Made by a program: the position numbers and the translations under genes. Below the pieces are notes generated by a model. That model made no database searches. It was not told the origin of the DNA and saw only the letters and a list, made by a program, of their open reading frames with translations. Below are positions 49,247 through 59,967 of a DNA stretch of 64,000 bases, piece after piece. Numbering within the stretch: position 1 is the stretch's first letter; the number at the start of each line of letters is the position of its first letter. Source of the DNA: Thermodesulfobacteriota bacterium (GTDB lineage: Bacteria > Desulfobacterota_D > UBA1144 > Nemesobacterales > Nemesobacteraceae); NCBI GenBank assembly GCA_965116725.1, contig OZ220700.1, positions 77,897 through 141,896 of the forward strand. The letters run 5' to 3'.

Positions 49247-50043
49247 CAGGCTTTTCCTGCCTGCCCTACTTTTATGCTGCTCAGACTCTCAGCGCTAAGT
49301 TCGGAAACCAGACTCGGCTTTAGCAGTTTATCGTTGGCAATTCTTTTAAGTTCTCCGTCTGCCGCCAGCGAGATCTTCCCTGTTTCCTCGGACACAACTA
49401 CCACGACGGCGTCAGTCTCCCTGGAGAGCTCTATTGCGGCCCTGTGCCTTGTTCCAAGTTCTGTTCCGAGTTCAAGGTCCGTGCTGATCGGGAAAAAGCA
49501 CCCGGCTGAAACAATAACGTCGTCTTTGACTATCACTCCCCCGTCGTGAAGAGGGGATGCCGGGTTGAAAATGGTTATAAGCATCTCGCTTGATAAGCTG
49601 GCGTTAATAGGTCTTCCGGGGAACACTCTCAGGCTCTCCTGCCTTTCAATGGCTATCAGGGCTCCGATTTTCCTTGAAGAGAGAAAAGAACAGGCGTCCG
49701 CCAGTTCTTCTACCATTGCTTCATTTGCGGCCTGTTTTGCGAAACTGAAGAGGAGAGGCTTTTTCCCTATGTTCGCAAGCCCCCTTCTTATATCATCCTG
49801 GAAGAGGATTATTATTATTAGGATAGCGAAACCGAGAAAGTGGGTAAGCACCCAGTTAAGCGTGAAAAAACCCCATTTCCTTGAGGCAAAGTAAAGAACC
49901 GCCATCGCCACGAGTCCGACCAGAATCTGAGAGCTTCTGGTTCCCTCTATGGCCTTCAGTACGTAGAAAAATATTATGGCGACGATCAGGATATCCAGAC
50001 TGTCTGAAAAGAATCGAAAGTTCTGTATGGTAGAGTCTGTCAT
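49246..50043 (-). CDS. cdaA: Diadenylate cyclase CdaA (DAC domain with three N-terminal TM helices)
   Basis: DGAVIVKDDVIVSAGCFFP ... HRAAIELSRETDAVVVVVSEETGKISLA matches the DisA_N/DAC motif. Confidence 0.88.
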   Translation of the reverse strand: MTDSTIQNFRFFSDSLDILIVAIIFFYVLKAIEGTRSSQILVGLVAMAVLYFASRKWGFFTLNWVLTHFLGFAILIIIILFQDDIRRGLANIGKKPLLFSFAKQAANEAMVEELADACSFLSSRKIGALIAIERQESLRVFPGRPINASLSSEMLITIFNPASPLHDGGVIVKDDVIVSAGCFFPISTDLELGTELGTRHRAAIELSRETDAVVVVVSEETGKISLAADGELKRIANDKLLKPSLVSELSAESLSSIKVGQAGKA

Positions 50044-50046
50044 CTC

Positions 50047-50934
50047 CTAGCTAACCCCATATATGCTTTTTACCGTCCGAATCGCCTGCACTGTTTCAAG
50101 TACATCATGAACTCTTACGATAGAAATACCCTTGAGCATTGATATTATTACTGAACAGACGGATCCTATCAATCTTTGCTCGGCAAGCGGGCTCCCCAGG
50201 ATTTCTCCTATAAAGGATTTTCGCGAGGTTCCGATGCAGACCGGAAACCCGAGCTCGCAGAATTCCTCGAGCCTTCTTATGATTTCGAGGTTCTGCGGGG
50301 TGGTTTTTCCGAATCCGATACCCGGATCAATTATTATGTGGTCCCGCGGCACTCCCGCCGCCATGGCCGTCTGAGCAGAATTCGAAAGAAAATCCGCTAT
50401 GTCGGGAATAAGCGAACTGTATTGGGTTTTCTCCTGCATGTCCAGCGGGCGTGAACTTGTGTGGGTAAGCACGATTGCGGCTCCTTTCTCCGATACTTTC
50501 TGCGCCACTTGCGGCTCGAAACTCAGTCCGCTTATGTCGTTTACCATAGAAGCTCCGCACCCCAGGGCCTCCTCGGCGACAGCTGCTTTTGTGGTGTCGA
50601 CGGATATTACGGTGTCAAATTCCGCCGAAGCCGCTTCTATTACCGGTATAACCCTGTGAAGCTCCTCTTCCGTGCTCACGCCGAGAGAACCCGGCCTTGT
50701 GGATTCTCCTCCTATATCAATAATATCGGCCCCGTCTCTGATTAAAGAGGCGATTCTCCCGAGAGCCTTCTGGGGATCGTTGTATGCTCCGCCGTCATAA
50801 AAGGAGTCCGGCGTCATGTTCACGATTCCCATGACGAGGGGTTTTTGGCTGAGATCCAGTTCTTTTGAACCGAGTTTTATCAAATGATGTTCTGGTGCGT
50901 TCTGATTTGCTTTATGGACTGAAGACTTTGGCAA
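50047..50934 (-). CDS. folP: Dihydropteroate synthase
   Basis: MGIVNMTPDSFYDGG ... DIGGESTRPGS matches the pterin-binding motif. Confidence 0.92.
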   Translation of the reverse strand: MPKSSVHKANQNAPEHHLIKLGSKELDLSQKPLVMGIVNMTPDSFYDGGAYNDPQKALGRIASLIRDGADIIDIGGESTRPGSLGVSTEEELHRVIPVIEAASAEFDTVISVDTTKAAVAEEALGCGASMVNDISGLSFEPQVAQKVSEKGAAIVLTHTSSRPLDMQEKTQYSSLIPDIADFLSNSAQTAMAAGVPRDHIIIDPGIGFGKTTPQNLEIIRRLEEFCELGFPVCIGTSRKSFIGEILGSPLAEQRLIGSVCSVIISMLKGISIVRVHDVLETVQAIRTVKSIYGVS

Positions 50935-51003
50935 ACGGCTTTTACTCCCGGTTTTGCAAAGACAGCCAAAAAACAGCGGCGGGGCAAGGCAAAGCCGTAG
51001 GGA

Positions 51004-52854
51004 TCAGACCCTGCCGGTTATATCAAACGGCTTTTTCACTTCCGGCCTGAACTCTTGTTTTCTTGACACCAGCTCGTCAAGTTCCGCCGAGTCTATAACT
51101 TCTTTTTCAAGAAGCAGGGAAGAGAGATCATGCAGAAGATCCAGGTTGTCTCCTAAGAGCTTCATTACCTCGTTGTAGCTTTCGTTCACGATCTTCCTTG
51201 TCTCCTGATCGATCTGCACCGCGGTATCTTCGCTGTAATCGCTTTTTCTCGATATTTCCCTGCCTAGAAAAGGCTGCTGTTCCCCTTTGCCGAAAGTTAC
51301 CGGTCCCACAACTTCGCTCATTCCCCATTCGCATACCATTTTTTTGGCTATGTCAGTAACTCTCTCAAGGTCGTTCGCGGCGCCGCTGGTTCTTTCGGAG
51401 AACACAAGTTCTTCGGCGGCCCTGCCTCCCAGAAGCACCTTTATGGTGGAAAGGAGATAGGTTCTCGAAAGGGTGTACTTGTCTTCAAGGGGAAGCTGCT
51501 GGGTGACTCCGAGAGCCATTCCTCTCGGTATAATCGTCACCTTGTGTATGGGATCGGCCTCGGGAGTCAGTTTCGCCACGAGCGCGTGTCCGGCCTCGTG
51601 ATAAGCGGTGATTTTCTTCTCTTTTTCGCTTATCAGCATGCTTTTTCTCTCAACTCCCATTGTGACCTTGTCTTTTGCGTATTCAAAGTCTTCTATGGAG
51701 ACCTGTTCCTTGTCGTTGCGGGCCGCGTGAAGAACCGACTCGTTGACCAGGTTCTCAAGGTCGGCTCCGGAGAAACCCGGGGTGGACCTGGCGATCACCG
51801 AAAGATCAACGTCATCAGCTATCGGGGTGTCTTTTGAATGAACGACCAGGATGGCCTCTCTTCCCCTGACATCCGGCCTCGGGACGACAACCTGGCGGTC
51901 AAACCTCCCGGGCCTGAGAAGCGCCGGGTCAAGCACGTCCGGGCGGTTCGTGGCGGCCATGACTATAATGCCTTCGTTTCCTTCAAAGCCGTCCATCTCG
52001 ACCAGAAGCTGGTTAAGGGTCTGCTCCCTTTCGTCGTGGCCTCCTCCGAGCCCCGCTCCCCTGTGTCTTCCCACGGCGTCGAGTTCGTCAACGAATATTA
52101 TGCAAGGGGCGTTTTTCTTGGCCTGTATGAACAGGTCCCTTACCCTTGAAGCTCCGACTCCGACGAACATCTCTACGAAATCACTCCCGCTTATGATAAA
52201 AAATGGCACTCCCGCTTCTCCGGCTATGGCTTTTGCGAGAAGAGTTTTTCCCGTTCCCGGGGGACCGACCAGAAGAACTCCCCTGGGTATTCTTCCCCCA
52301 AGCCGGGTGAATTTCTGCGGACTTTTCAGGAACTCCACTATTTCGCTTACTTCCTCTTTTGCCTCCTCAACTCCTGCCACGTCCTTGAAGGTGATTTTGT
52401 TCTGTTCATCGGAGAGCATCCTCGCGCGGTTTTTTCCGAAGCTCATCGCCTTCGTGCCCCCGGCCTGTACCTGTCTCATGAAAAAGACCATCAGGGCGAC
52501 CAGTATGAAAAGAGGGCCCCAGTTTATCAGTATCTGTGTAAGCGAACTTTGTTTGCGACGGGAAAAACTGAACTCTGTGCCGCTTTCCTCAAGCTTTGCG
52601 ATAAGGAGTTCTCCCGCGGGGCCGGTGGTTGTGAATCCGCGGTCTTCGGGGTCGGCGTTTTTAAGCTCTCCTCTTATTATGTTTTCGCCGAATTCTATCT
52701 TGGCTATCCTGTCGTTATCCAAGTGTTCCAGGAATTTGCTGTAGGATATCTCCGAGTAGACGTTTGCCGAGGTGTTCATGAACTGGTACACGGCGAACAC
52801 TCCGACGAACATGGCCACCCAGAGCACAAGATTTTTAAAAATGTTTGCTGACAT
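51004..52854 (-). CDS. ftsH: ATP-dependent zinc metalloprotease FtsH
   Basis: N-terminal TM, AAA+ Walker A GPPGTGKT, second region of homology, and HEAGHA zinc site. Confidence 0.97.
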   Translation of the reverse strand: MSANIFKNLVLWVAMFVGVFAVYQFMNTSANVYSEISYSKFLEHLDNDRIAKIEFGENIIRGELKNADPEDRGFTTTGPAGELLIAKLEESGTEFSFSRRKQSSLTQILINWGPLFILVALMVFFMRQVQAGGTKAMSFGKNRARMLSDEQNKITFKDVAGVEEAKEEVSEIVEFLKSPQKFTRLGGRIPRGVLLVGPPGTGKTLLAKAIAGEAGVPFFIISGSDFVEMFVGVGASRVRDLFIQAKKNAPCIIFVDELDAVGRHRGAGLGGGHDEREQTLNQLLVEMDGFEGNEGIIVMAATNRPDVLDPALLRPGRFDRQVVVPRPDVRGREAILVVHSKDTPIADDVDLSVIARSTPGFSGADLENLVNESVLHAARNDKEQVSIEDFEYAKDKVTMGVERKSMLISEKEKKITAYHEAGHALVAKLTPEADPIHKVTIIPRGMALGVTQQLPLEDKYTLSRTYLLSTIKVLLGGRAAEELVFSERTSGAANDLERVTDIAKKMVCEWGMSEVVGPVTFGKGEQQPFLGREISRKSDYSEDTAVQIDQETRKIVNESYNEVMKLLGDNLDLLHDLSSLLLEKEVIDSAELDELVSRKQEFRPEVKKPFDITGRV

Positions 52855-52947
52855 GCACTATTCCTCTGTCTTTACGTAACTCTCACGCGGATAAACATAT
52901 CCAAAAGATAAAATAACATAGTTAAATTTTCATTTCAAACGGGTTTT

Positions 52948-53859
52948 TTAGTCGTAAAGGTCGGTCCCAAGATACATCTCTCCGCTGTCGCAGAAAGTTA
53001 CAAGCAATTGGCCGCCGTCTCGAAGTTCTTTCGAGATCCCAAGGGCCGCGCTGAGGCAGGCTCCCGAAGATATTCCGACCAGTATGCCTTCCTCGGAAGC
53101 GAGAGTTTTGGCGCATTCACGGGCATCTTCCGTGGAGACCGCGTAGATCCTGTCGATCACGCCGGTATCAAGTTTCTCGGGAACGAACCCGGGCGATATT
53201 CCGCAGATGCCGTGAGGACCTTTCTTTCCCTCGGAAAGAGTAGGGCATTCGGTGGGTTCGACCACCACTACCTTGAGGTCGGGATAGATTTTTTTGAGTT
53301 CGGAGCCCACTCCCGTTACCGTTCCCCCGCTTCCGACTCCGCACACAAAGGCATCGAGATGCCCCGGTATCTGGTTTTTTATTTCTTTTGCGGTCTCCTC
53401 GCGGTGAATCTCTATGTCCGCGGTGTTTTTGAACTGGTCAAGGAAATAGGAATCCGGGTTTTCACGTTCTATCTCGCTAGCCTTTTCTCTCGATCCTCGA
53501 AGTCCCAGGCTTGGGTCGGTAAGAACCACCTGTCCCTTAAACGCTTTTATTACCTGGATTTTCTCTTTTGCCGTATCCTCGGGCATAACAACGGTGAAGT
53601 CGTAGCCGCCTGCCCGGCAGCAGAGGGCTATTCCTATCGCAGTGTTCCCGCTTGACGCTTCGATCACGGTTGTTTTACCGGGTTCTATCAGGTTCTCGTG
53701 CTCCGCTCGTCTTAGCATGGCGATACATGCCCTGTCCTTTATGCTGCCCGCGGGGTTTAAGTTCTCAAGCTTCGCCCATATCTTTGAGCGTCCGTCTTTC
53801 GGTACGCTTCTGAGCCTTATTACCGGAGTGTTGCCGATGCAGTCAATCAGGTTTGCCAT
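52948..53859 (-). CDS. cysK: Cysteine synthase (O-acetylserine sulfhydrylase)
   Basis: PLP-lysine region LENLNPAGSIKDR and the glycine loop GVGSGGTVTG. Confidence 0.9.
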   Translation of the reverse strand: MANLIDCIGNTPVIRLRSVPKDGRSKIWAKLENLNPAGSIKDRACIAMLRRAEHENLIEPGKTTVIEASSGNTAIGIALCCRAGGYDFTVVMPEDTAKEKIQVIKAFKGQVVLTDPSLGLRGSREKASEIERENPDSYFLDQFKNTADIEIHREETAKEIKNQIPGHLDAFVCGVGSGGTVTGVGSELKKIYPDLKVVVVEPTECPTLSEGKKGPHGICGISPGFVPEKLDTGVIDRIYAVSTEDARECAKTLASEEGILVGISSGACLSAALGISKELRDGGQLLVTFCDSGEMYLGTDLYD

Positions 53860-53880
53860 TTGCGTGTTTTTCGCGCCCGG

Positions 53881-54093
53881 TCAATACACAAGAAAAGGGA
53901 TTATGTCTTTGAGCGCGCTGCCGTCTTTACTTTTGATCTCGGCCAGTATCTCTCTTATCTGTTCCCACGTCACGTCTTCTTTTCTGATCTCGTTTTTGAG
54001 TTTCAGAATAAGTACTTTTATTTCCTGGTCCGTCACGCTTTTTACGTATGAACTGAGAGCGGCCATCGCTTCATCTTCAGAAAAATGTGTCAT
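53881..54093 (-). CDS. Hypothetical small protein (70 aa) immediately upstream of cysK
   Basis: The ORF sits 21 nt upstream of cysK on the same strand. No motif recognised. Low confidence that it is expressed. Confidence 0.3.
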   Translation of the reverse strand: MTHFSEDEAMAALSSYVKSVTDQEIKVLILKLKNEIRKEDVTWEQIREILAEIKSKDGSALKDIIPFLVY

Positions 54094-54180
54094 TGGTCTA
54101 ATTGCTGATTACAATAACCCAAAAAGTTTTTTTAAGGTAACCTTTTTTCGAGTTGATTTCCACGGAACTGTATACTCCCG

Positions 54181-56778
54181 GTGCAAATGAAATTTAATAG
54201 AGGGATCAATCTTGCCGGCAAAGAGCCGGGCAAGCTTCCCCGTTTCCGTTTTTTCTTGCCTGCGGTCTTTGCGTTTGCCTGCCTGGTCGGGATTCTTGCG
54301 GTCTATATCTATTTCTCAAAAGACCTCCCTGACCTTCGCGATCTCACCAGGTATCAGCCCGCTATCCTGAACGAATTCTATTCATCCGAAGGAGAGCTGA
54401 TAGCGCAGTCCGGGATTGAGAGAAGGGCGCTTGTAAATCTCGAGGATATGCCTGCTCACGTGGTAAACGCCTTCATAGCCGTCGAAGACAGGAGGTTCTA
54501 CCAGCACAGGGGCGTGGACGCCAAAAGCGTTGTGAGGGCTCTTTTTCAGAACCTGGTTACGGGGAGAATCGTCTCCGGCGGAAGCACCATTACGCAGCAG
54601 ATAACCAAAAACCTCATTCTGGGTCCCGAAAAGGCCTACAGCAGGAAGATAAAAGAAGCTATTCTCTCATACAGGATAGAAAAGAACCTCTCCAAAGACG
54701 AAATACTCTACCTTTACCTAAACCACATATACCTTGCCGACGGCGTCTACGGAGTTGAGATGGCGAGCCGGAATTACTTCGGAAAGTCGGCAAAAGACAT
54801 AAACATAGCCGAGGCGTGTCTGCTTGCGGGAATTCCGCGAAGACCGGAGCTGTACTCCCCCAGAGTCAATCCCTCAAATGCGCTTAAAAGGCAGAAGACC
54901 GTGATAAACATAATGCGCAACCAGGAGTTCATAACCGAAAGACAGAAGCGCAAGGCCTTGGCCTATAAGATAAAAATCATTCCGAAGCAGGAACCCAGAG
55001 GGGAATACATCGCCCCTTATTTCATTGAGTACGTAAGGGAATATCTTGAGAACAAAGTCGGCAGGAGGGCCTACGAAAAGGGCGGCTACAAGGTTTACAC
55101 AACCCTTGACATGGACCTGAACCTTGTGGCCTACAGGGCCCTTAAAAGGGGAATACGCAACACTGAGAAAAGACAGGGCAGAACCAGATTTACCATTGCC
55201 AGACTCAGAACTCTTGAGAAGATCGAGGAATTCAAGGAACAGCAGCGCCAGCTTGCTTTTCAGGACGGAAAAACGTACAGGGCCGTTATCACCGTCACGG
55301 GAGACATAGACGAGAGAACTTCTTTTGCTACGGTGGAAGTCGGCGGCGAGAAACGGAAGTTCAGCTACATAGTCGACCCGGAGAGGTATCTTCCCCCTCC
55401 CGATGGCATCTATCTTCTCCCAGAGAGACTGAACCCGGGAGACGTTATAAAGGTGAGGGTGTCTGTAAGCGAGGAGAAGGTGACCGATATAGTTCCCCTG
55501 TTTTGGCCCCAGACCCAGGGGGCGCTGGTCGCCATGGACGCAAGGGGCAACATCATTTCAATGGTGGGAGGATATGACTTCGGACTCTCGAAGTTCAATC
55601 GGGCTATTCAGGCGAAAAGGCAGCCGGGTTCCGCGTTTAAGCCTTTTCTCTACTCGGCGGCTATAGACAAAGGGTATACGCAGACGAGCAAGCTTCTTGA
55701 CGTGCCGATTATCGTGGATGACTGGATTCCGGAGAATTACGACGAAGAATACATGGGGTCGATCTTCTTCAGAGAATCTCTTGTCAACTCGAGGAACCTT
55801 TCTTCGATCAGGCTTATCATGGACGTGGATCCGCGATACGTGGCGAGTTATTCCAGGCCCTTCGGGTTCGGATCCAGAATCAATCCCTATCCCTCGCTTG
55901 CCCTGGGGAGCTCCGAAGTGACTCTGCTGGAAATAACCGCGGCGTATTCTGTTTTCGCAAATTCCGGGATATACAGGAAACCGAATTTCATACTCAGGAT
56001 CTATGACAGGAACGGAAGCCTGATTGAGGATAACACCGGGGAGGTGTATCTGCGGTACGAGAGGAGACTTAAGCAGGGTGAGGAGTCGGGGGAATGGCAT
56101 TATCAGGAGCGTCTTTCGCCGCAGCCTAGCGAGAGCAGGTCGCAGTTTTTAGGGCTTTTGGCCGAAGATCAAAGAGACTTCGTTACTGCGGGGGAATTCG
56201 GGTTTTTCATCAAAAAAGTTCCCATCCATTATTTTGGCAATACGGAAGAGTTTAAGAGGGTTATAAGCCCCGAGACTGCATATATAATGACGGACATGAT
56301 GGAAGCGGTTGTGTCAGAAGGGACGGGACTACTCGCCAATTCGCTTAATTCCAAGGCAAGAATCGCGGGCAAGACAGGTACCACAAATGATTATACGGAT
56401 GCGTGGTTCATAGGATACAGTCCCATGGTTGTCGCGGGGGTATGGGTTGGAAAGGACGATAACACCTCGCTTGGAGACAAGGAATCAGGATCCCTGGCCG
56501 CGGTTCCGGTCTGGAAAGAGTACATGAGCAGAGTGCTTGAAAAATACAATGAGCGCAAGGAATTTGAGATTCCATCCGGCATAAAAATCAGGAACACTCC
56601 CCTGGGAGAAATTTCATTCAAGGTCAAGCCAACCATGTCCAAAGACGAGGTGCTCAGGGGATTGAAGATGATGGTAGTGGAATCTGCGGAAAAGAAAGCG
56701 GAGCTCTCGCAAGAACACGACTACAACAGGATAAGGTCTCTTTTCAGGCGGGATAAGGAAGAAGATGATGATGAATAA
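54181..56778 (+). CDS. mrcA: Penicillin-binding protein 1A (bifunctional transglycosylase/transpeptidase)
   Basis: GT51 motifs AFIAVEDRRFYQHRGVD and GGSTITQQITKN, plus transpeptidase SAFKPF and KTGTTND. Confidence 0.93.
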   Translation: MQMKFNRGINLAGKEPGKLPRFRFFLPAVFAFACLVGILAVYIYFSKDLPDLRDLTRYQPAILNEFYSSEGELIAQSGIERRALVNLEDMPAHVVNAFIAVEDRRFYQHRGVDAKSVVRALFQNLVTGRIVSGGSTITQQITKNLILGPEKAYSRKIKEAILSYRIEKNLSKDEILYLYLNHIYLADGVYGVEMASRNYFGKSAKDINIAEACLLAGIPRRPELYSPRVNPSNALKRQKTVINIMRNQEFITERQKRKALAYKIKIIPKQEPRGEYIAPYFIEYVREYLENKVGRRAYEKGGYKVYTTLDMDLNLVAYRALKRGIRNTEKRQGRTRFTIARLRTLEKIEEFKEQQRQLAFQDGKTYRAVITVTGDIDERTSFATVEVGGEKRKFSYIVDPERYLPPPDGIYLLPERLNPGDVIKVRVSVSEEKVTDIVPLFWPQTQGALVAMDARGNIISMVGGYDFGLSKFNRAIQAKRQPGSAFKPFLYSAAIDKGYTQTSKLLDVPIIVDDWIPENYDEEYMGSIFFRESLVNSRNLSSIRLIMDVDPRYVASYSRPFGFGSRINPYPSLALGSSEVTLLEITAAYSVFANSGIYRKPNFILRIYDRNGSLIEDNTGEVYLRYERRLKQGEESGEWHYQERLSPQPSESRSQFLGLLAEDQRDFVTAGEFGFFIKKVPIHYFGNTEEFKRVISPETAYIMTDMMEAVVSEGTGLLANSLNSKARIAGKTGTTNDYTDAWFIGYSPMVVAGVWVGKDDNTSLGDKESGSLAAVPVWKEYMSRVLEKYNERKEFEIPSGIKIRNTPLGEISFKVKPTMSKDEVLRGLKMMVVESAEKKAELSQEHDYNRIRSLFRRDKEEDDDE

Positions 56779-56857
56779 GCAGGTAACGGAGAAACGACTG
56801 AGTGGAATTCATCTTCTCGAACTTAGGGTGCCTCAAAGCTCCAGGAAGTTTAGAGGG

Positions 56858-57742
56858 TTATTTGTTGAACATTATTGTTCTGTTTTTGTATATCAGAATT
56901 TCTCTGTTGATGTGAGACCAGATTGCTTGTGAAAGAACCTGTTTCTCCAGATCCTCTCCCTTTCTCACCAGGTCGTCTATGGAATCGTTGTAGTTTACCC
57001 GTATCACATTCTGCTCTATTATGGGTCCTGAATCCAGATCCTCGGTTACGTAATGGCTCGTTGCTCCAACGATCTTAACACCTCTTTTGTAGGCGTTGTG
57101 GTAGGGACGCGCTCCGGGAAAGGCGGGAAGGAAGGAATGGTGAATGTTGATTATCCTGTTTTTATAGTGTGAGACAAAATTCTCGCTAAGTATCTGCATG
57201 TACCTGGCGAGCACTATGAAATCCACTTTATAGTCCTTGAGAAGCTCAAGCTGGCTGGCTTCCACTTCCTCTTTGTTATTTTCCACATCGTTGAACACAA
57301 AAAAATCCATGCCGTAGCGGTCAGCAACAGGTTTGAGGTTAAGATGATTGCTTATAATGACGGGAACTTCCACATTATTCCACTCCCTGACTCTTAACCT
57401 GTATATGATATCGGAGAGACAATGTGGGAGTTTTGAGACGAAAACCGCCATGCGCAGCGCTCTCCCGGTGAAGAATATGTCGAATTTTATGTCGAATTCT
57501 GAAGCTACTTCCTCTTGGAAACGTTCGGAGAATTCCTCTTTGGGAATGGAAAATTTCTCCATTGACCACTTTACACGGACAAAGGTGACCATTTCGTCCT
57601 TGTCCATGCAGTGCTGCATTTCGTATATGTTACCGCCATGTCTGGATATGAAGTCGATTATTGCGCGGAGAAGACCCGGGCGGTCGGGAGAATGCGTAAG
57701 CAGTACTGCTTGTTCAGAGCTTTCTGGCATGATTAGGACCAA
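56858..57742 (-). CDS. purU: Formyltetrahydrofolate deformylase
   Basis: An N-terminal ACT domain and a C-terminal formyl-transferase domain (NIHHSFLPAFPGARPYH). Confidence 0.9.
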   Translation of the reverse strand: MVLIMPESSEQAVLLTHSPDRPGLLRAIIDFISRHGGNIYEMQHCMDKDEMVTFVRVKWSMEKFSIPKEEFSERFQEEVASEFDIKFDIFFTGRALRMAVFVSKLPHCLSDIIYRLRVREWNNVEVPVIISNHLNLKPVADRYGMDFFVFNDVENNKEEVEASQLELLKDYKVDFIVLARYMQILSENFVSHYKNRIINIHHSFLPAFPGARPYHNAYKRGVKIVGATSHYVTEDLDSGPIIEQNVIRVNYNDSIDDLVRKGEDLEKQVLSQAIWSHINREILIYKNRTIMFNK

Positions 57743-57802
57743 CCTCTTGTGATTAATGAAAATGCCATTATACCTTAAAAAAGGATATAGTCCTACAAGT
57801 TT

Positions 57803-58594
57803 TTAAAACAGTCCCCTCAACAATCCTCCATCAACTTGGATGGTAGTTCCTGTCATGTAACTTGCTTTCTCAGAAGCAAGAAAGCAGGCTAGGGCGGCCA
57901 GTTCTTCAGGGGTTCCTATTCTTTGCAGGGGAATGTCCTTTTCCATCTCTTCTATGGCTTCTTCATATCCAATGCCTGACTGAGCGGCCCGTTTTTCCGC
58001 AAGCGCCTTTATCCTGTCCGTGTAGATCCGTCCGGGACAGATGTTATTCACCAGTATATTGTCTTTTGCCAGTTCGTTTGAAAGAGTCTTTGAGAAGCCT
58101 ATGAGCCCGGCACGGGAAGTGTTTGAGAGTATCAGCCCGTCTATCGGCTGTTTAACGGCTATTGAGGTTATGTTGACTATTCTTCCCCAGCTTCTCTTCT
58201 TCATCAGAGGAACTACTTTCTTTGCCAGGTGAATACCGCTTAGAAGGTTAAGTTCCAGAGCGTTTTGCCAGTCAGGTGATTCAAAATCTTCAAAAAAGCC
58301 GAAAGGGGGTCCTCCGGCGTTGTTTATCAGAATATCAATTCCGCCAAGTCTTTTAACCGTTTCTTCTATTACACGGTCAATCTGTTCTGTATTTGTTACA
58401 TCGGCCGCAGAGGCAAGGACATGGACATCAAAACGAGTTCTAATCTCGGAAGCTGTGCGTTCTATTTCGTCTTCTGAGCGCGAGAATATGGAGAGATTTA
58501 CACCTTCATCCGCAAGAGCGAAAGCTATTGCTTTTCCGATTCCCTTGCTGGACGCTGCCACCAAGGCAACTTTTCCTTTTATTCCTAGGTCCAT
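57803..58594 (-). CDS. Short-chain dehydrogenase/reductase (FabG-like SDR)
   Basis: GKVALVAASSKGIGKAIA cofactor-binding motif, NNAG, and a catalytic YxxxK region. Confidence 0.8.
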   Translation of the reverse strand: MDLGIKGKVALVAASSKGIGKAIAFALADEGVNLSIFSRSEDEIERTASEIRTRFDVHVLASAADVTNTEQIDRVIEETVKRLGGIDILINNAGGPPFGFFEDFESPDWQNALELNLLSGIHLAKKVVPLMKKRSWGRIVNITSIAVKQPIDGLILSNTSRAGLIGFSKTLSNELAKDNILVNNICPGRIYTDRIKALAEKRAAQSGIGYEEAIEEMEKDIPLQRIGTPEELAALACFLASEKASYMTGTTIQVDGGLLRGLF

Positions 58595-58967
58595 AAGTTA
58601 TTTGAAAATTAGCGATTTAAATTAAAAGAGGCCGCTCTCCTTTCTAAGAAGACAATATTATTATATTTTACCGGTTGGGGGAAGAAGGTCAGTTATAAGT
58701 AGTTTGAATGCCTTAAAAAAGTAAGTTTATGCACCTCGAGCGAGTTAGCGAGGGTTTAACCCCTATGAAAACAAGTCGCTATACTGCATTTTATGATGAT
58801 ATGGGTGTCAAGAAGTCTAGCAATAGAAGCTGTAAAATTAGATTAAATAAAAGGCAATAACGAAAAATATTTTGATGTTTTGCCATACTCAAAACACTTC
58901 AGTATCTTTCCCTCATTAAAATCTGAAAAGTTTTATACTGCTTTCCTTGCTAGGGGAAGAATTGCCG

Positions 58968-59577
58968 ATGGCCGCAGATACTGAGCATGTAACGGTAGTA
59001 GATCACCAACCAGATGATAATTTTATTTGGCGCTATTTAGACCTGCCAAAACTAATCGACCTTTTGCAAACTCAATCTCTTCACTTTGCTAGGGTTAGTT
59101 TGCTTAAGGAAGACCCTTTTGAAGGATGGTTTACGGAAGGTGATTCCAAGTTGTTATTAAGACATTTTACTGCGGTCAAAACTAATGGGAAAGAAGAGGA
59201 AGAGCATGCCCGTAATATGCTAGAAGTGATTGTCCACTCGGGAAAAAACTCTGCATATATTAACTGTTGGCACGCAGGCGATGCCGAGAGTGTTGCCTTG
59301 TGGAAACAGTACGGTACGGAGGCGGGTGCTATGGCTATACAGAGCACCTACGAGAAACTAGCGAGTGCTTTTCCTGATGATCCGGAAAAAACTGTTTACA
59401 TGGGAATGATAAAATACAAAAACTTATTAAGATCCCTGTTGATCTCGACAAAATCATTGAAGAGATTCGGATGCGACCGAGGACGCCAGAGTGGATTACA
59501 AAAACTGTCGAAAAGGTTGTCAAGAAATACGACTTACATCTGAAAGTTCTTCCCGTAGTCGGTTTCATACCAACCTG
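58968..59577 (+). pseudogene. DUF2971-like protein gene with an apparent frameshift in an A-run near 59410 to 59425
   Basis: The N-terminal two-thirds (IWRYLDLPKLIDLLQTQSLHFARVSLLKEDPFEGWF) resemble the DUF2971 signature. The protein-like continuation KLIKIPVDLDKIIEEIRMRPRTPEWITKTVEKVVKKYDLHLKVLPVVGFIPT runs in another frame to 59577. The surrounding region is AT-rich. Confidence 0.4.
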
Positions 59578-59725
59578 AGCCTTTCAGATGAAAAGCGGAA
59601 ACAGAGATGAGTCTTTTAAGTCTTCCTCCGCATTCCTCGCACTTTCTTACAGGTTTGTCATTAAAGCCCTGCAGGATCTCGAAGACGCCTTCACACTTTT
59701 GGCATTGATATTCGTAAATAGGCAT
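59534..59725 (-). CDS. FmdB-family zinc-ribbon protein
   Basis: MPIYEYQCQKCEGVFE ... CEECGG is the typical FmdB CxxC ... CxxC small protein. It overlaps convergently with the 3' end of the DUF2971-like ORF. Confidence 0.6.
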   Translation of the reverse strand: MPIYEYQCQKCEGVFEILQGFNDKPVRKCEECGGRLKRLISVSAFHLKGSGWYETDYGKNFQM

Positions 59726-59967
59726 GGCTTATAAAATCTCCCATATTTCCAGAAAATCATCCGGACATATGAGAAAAAATCAAGAACAGCGGTGAAATAG
59801 GGCACTTGTCGCTGATTTCTTCGGATTTGTTCATGGATTTATATAAGTTTACATAATATACATTATCGGACGTTGGATATTTTCGCCGGGAAGCTCGAGG
59901 AGGAGTGTCATTTAAGATATATTTATAAGTAATTAGAGGTAATTAGAGATAAAAGCTTATAAGTTTT

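Noticed and set aside
51851-52744. 297-aa plus-strand ORF inside ftsH
   Set aside because: Antisense to a textbook FtsH, with low-complexity Ser/Pro/Leu composition.
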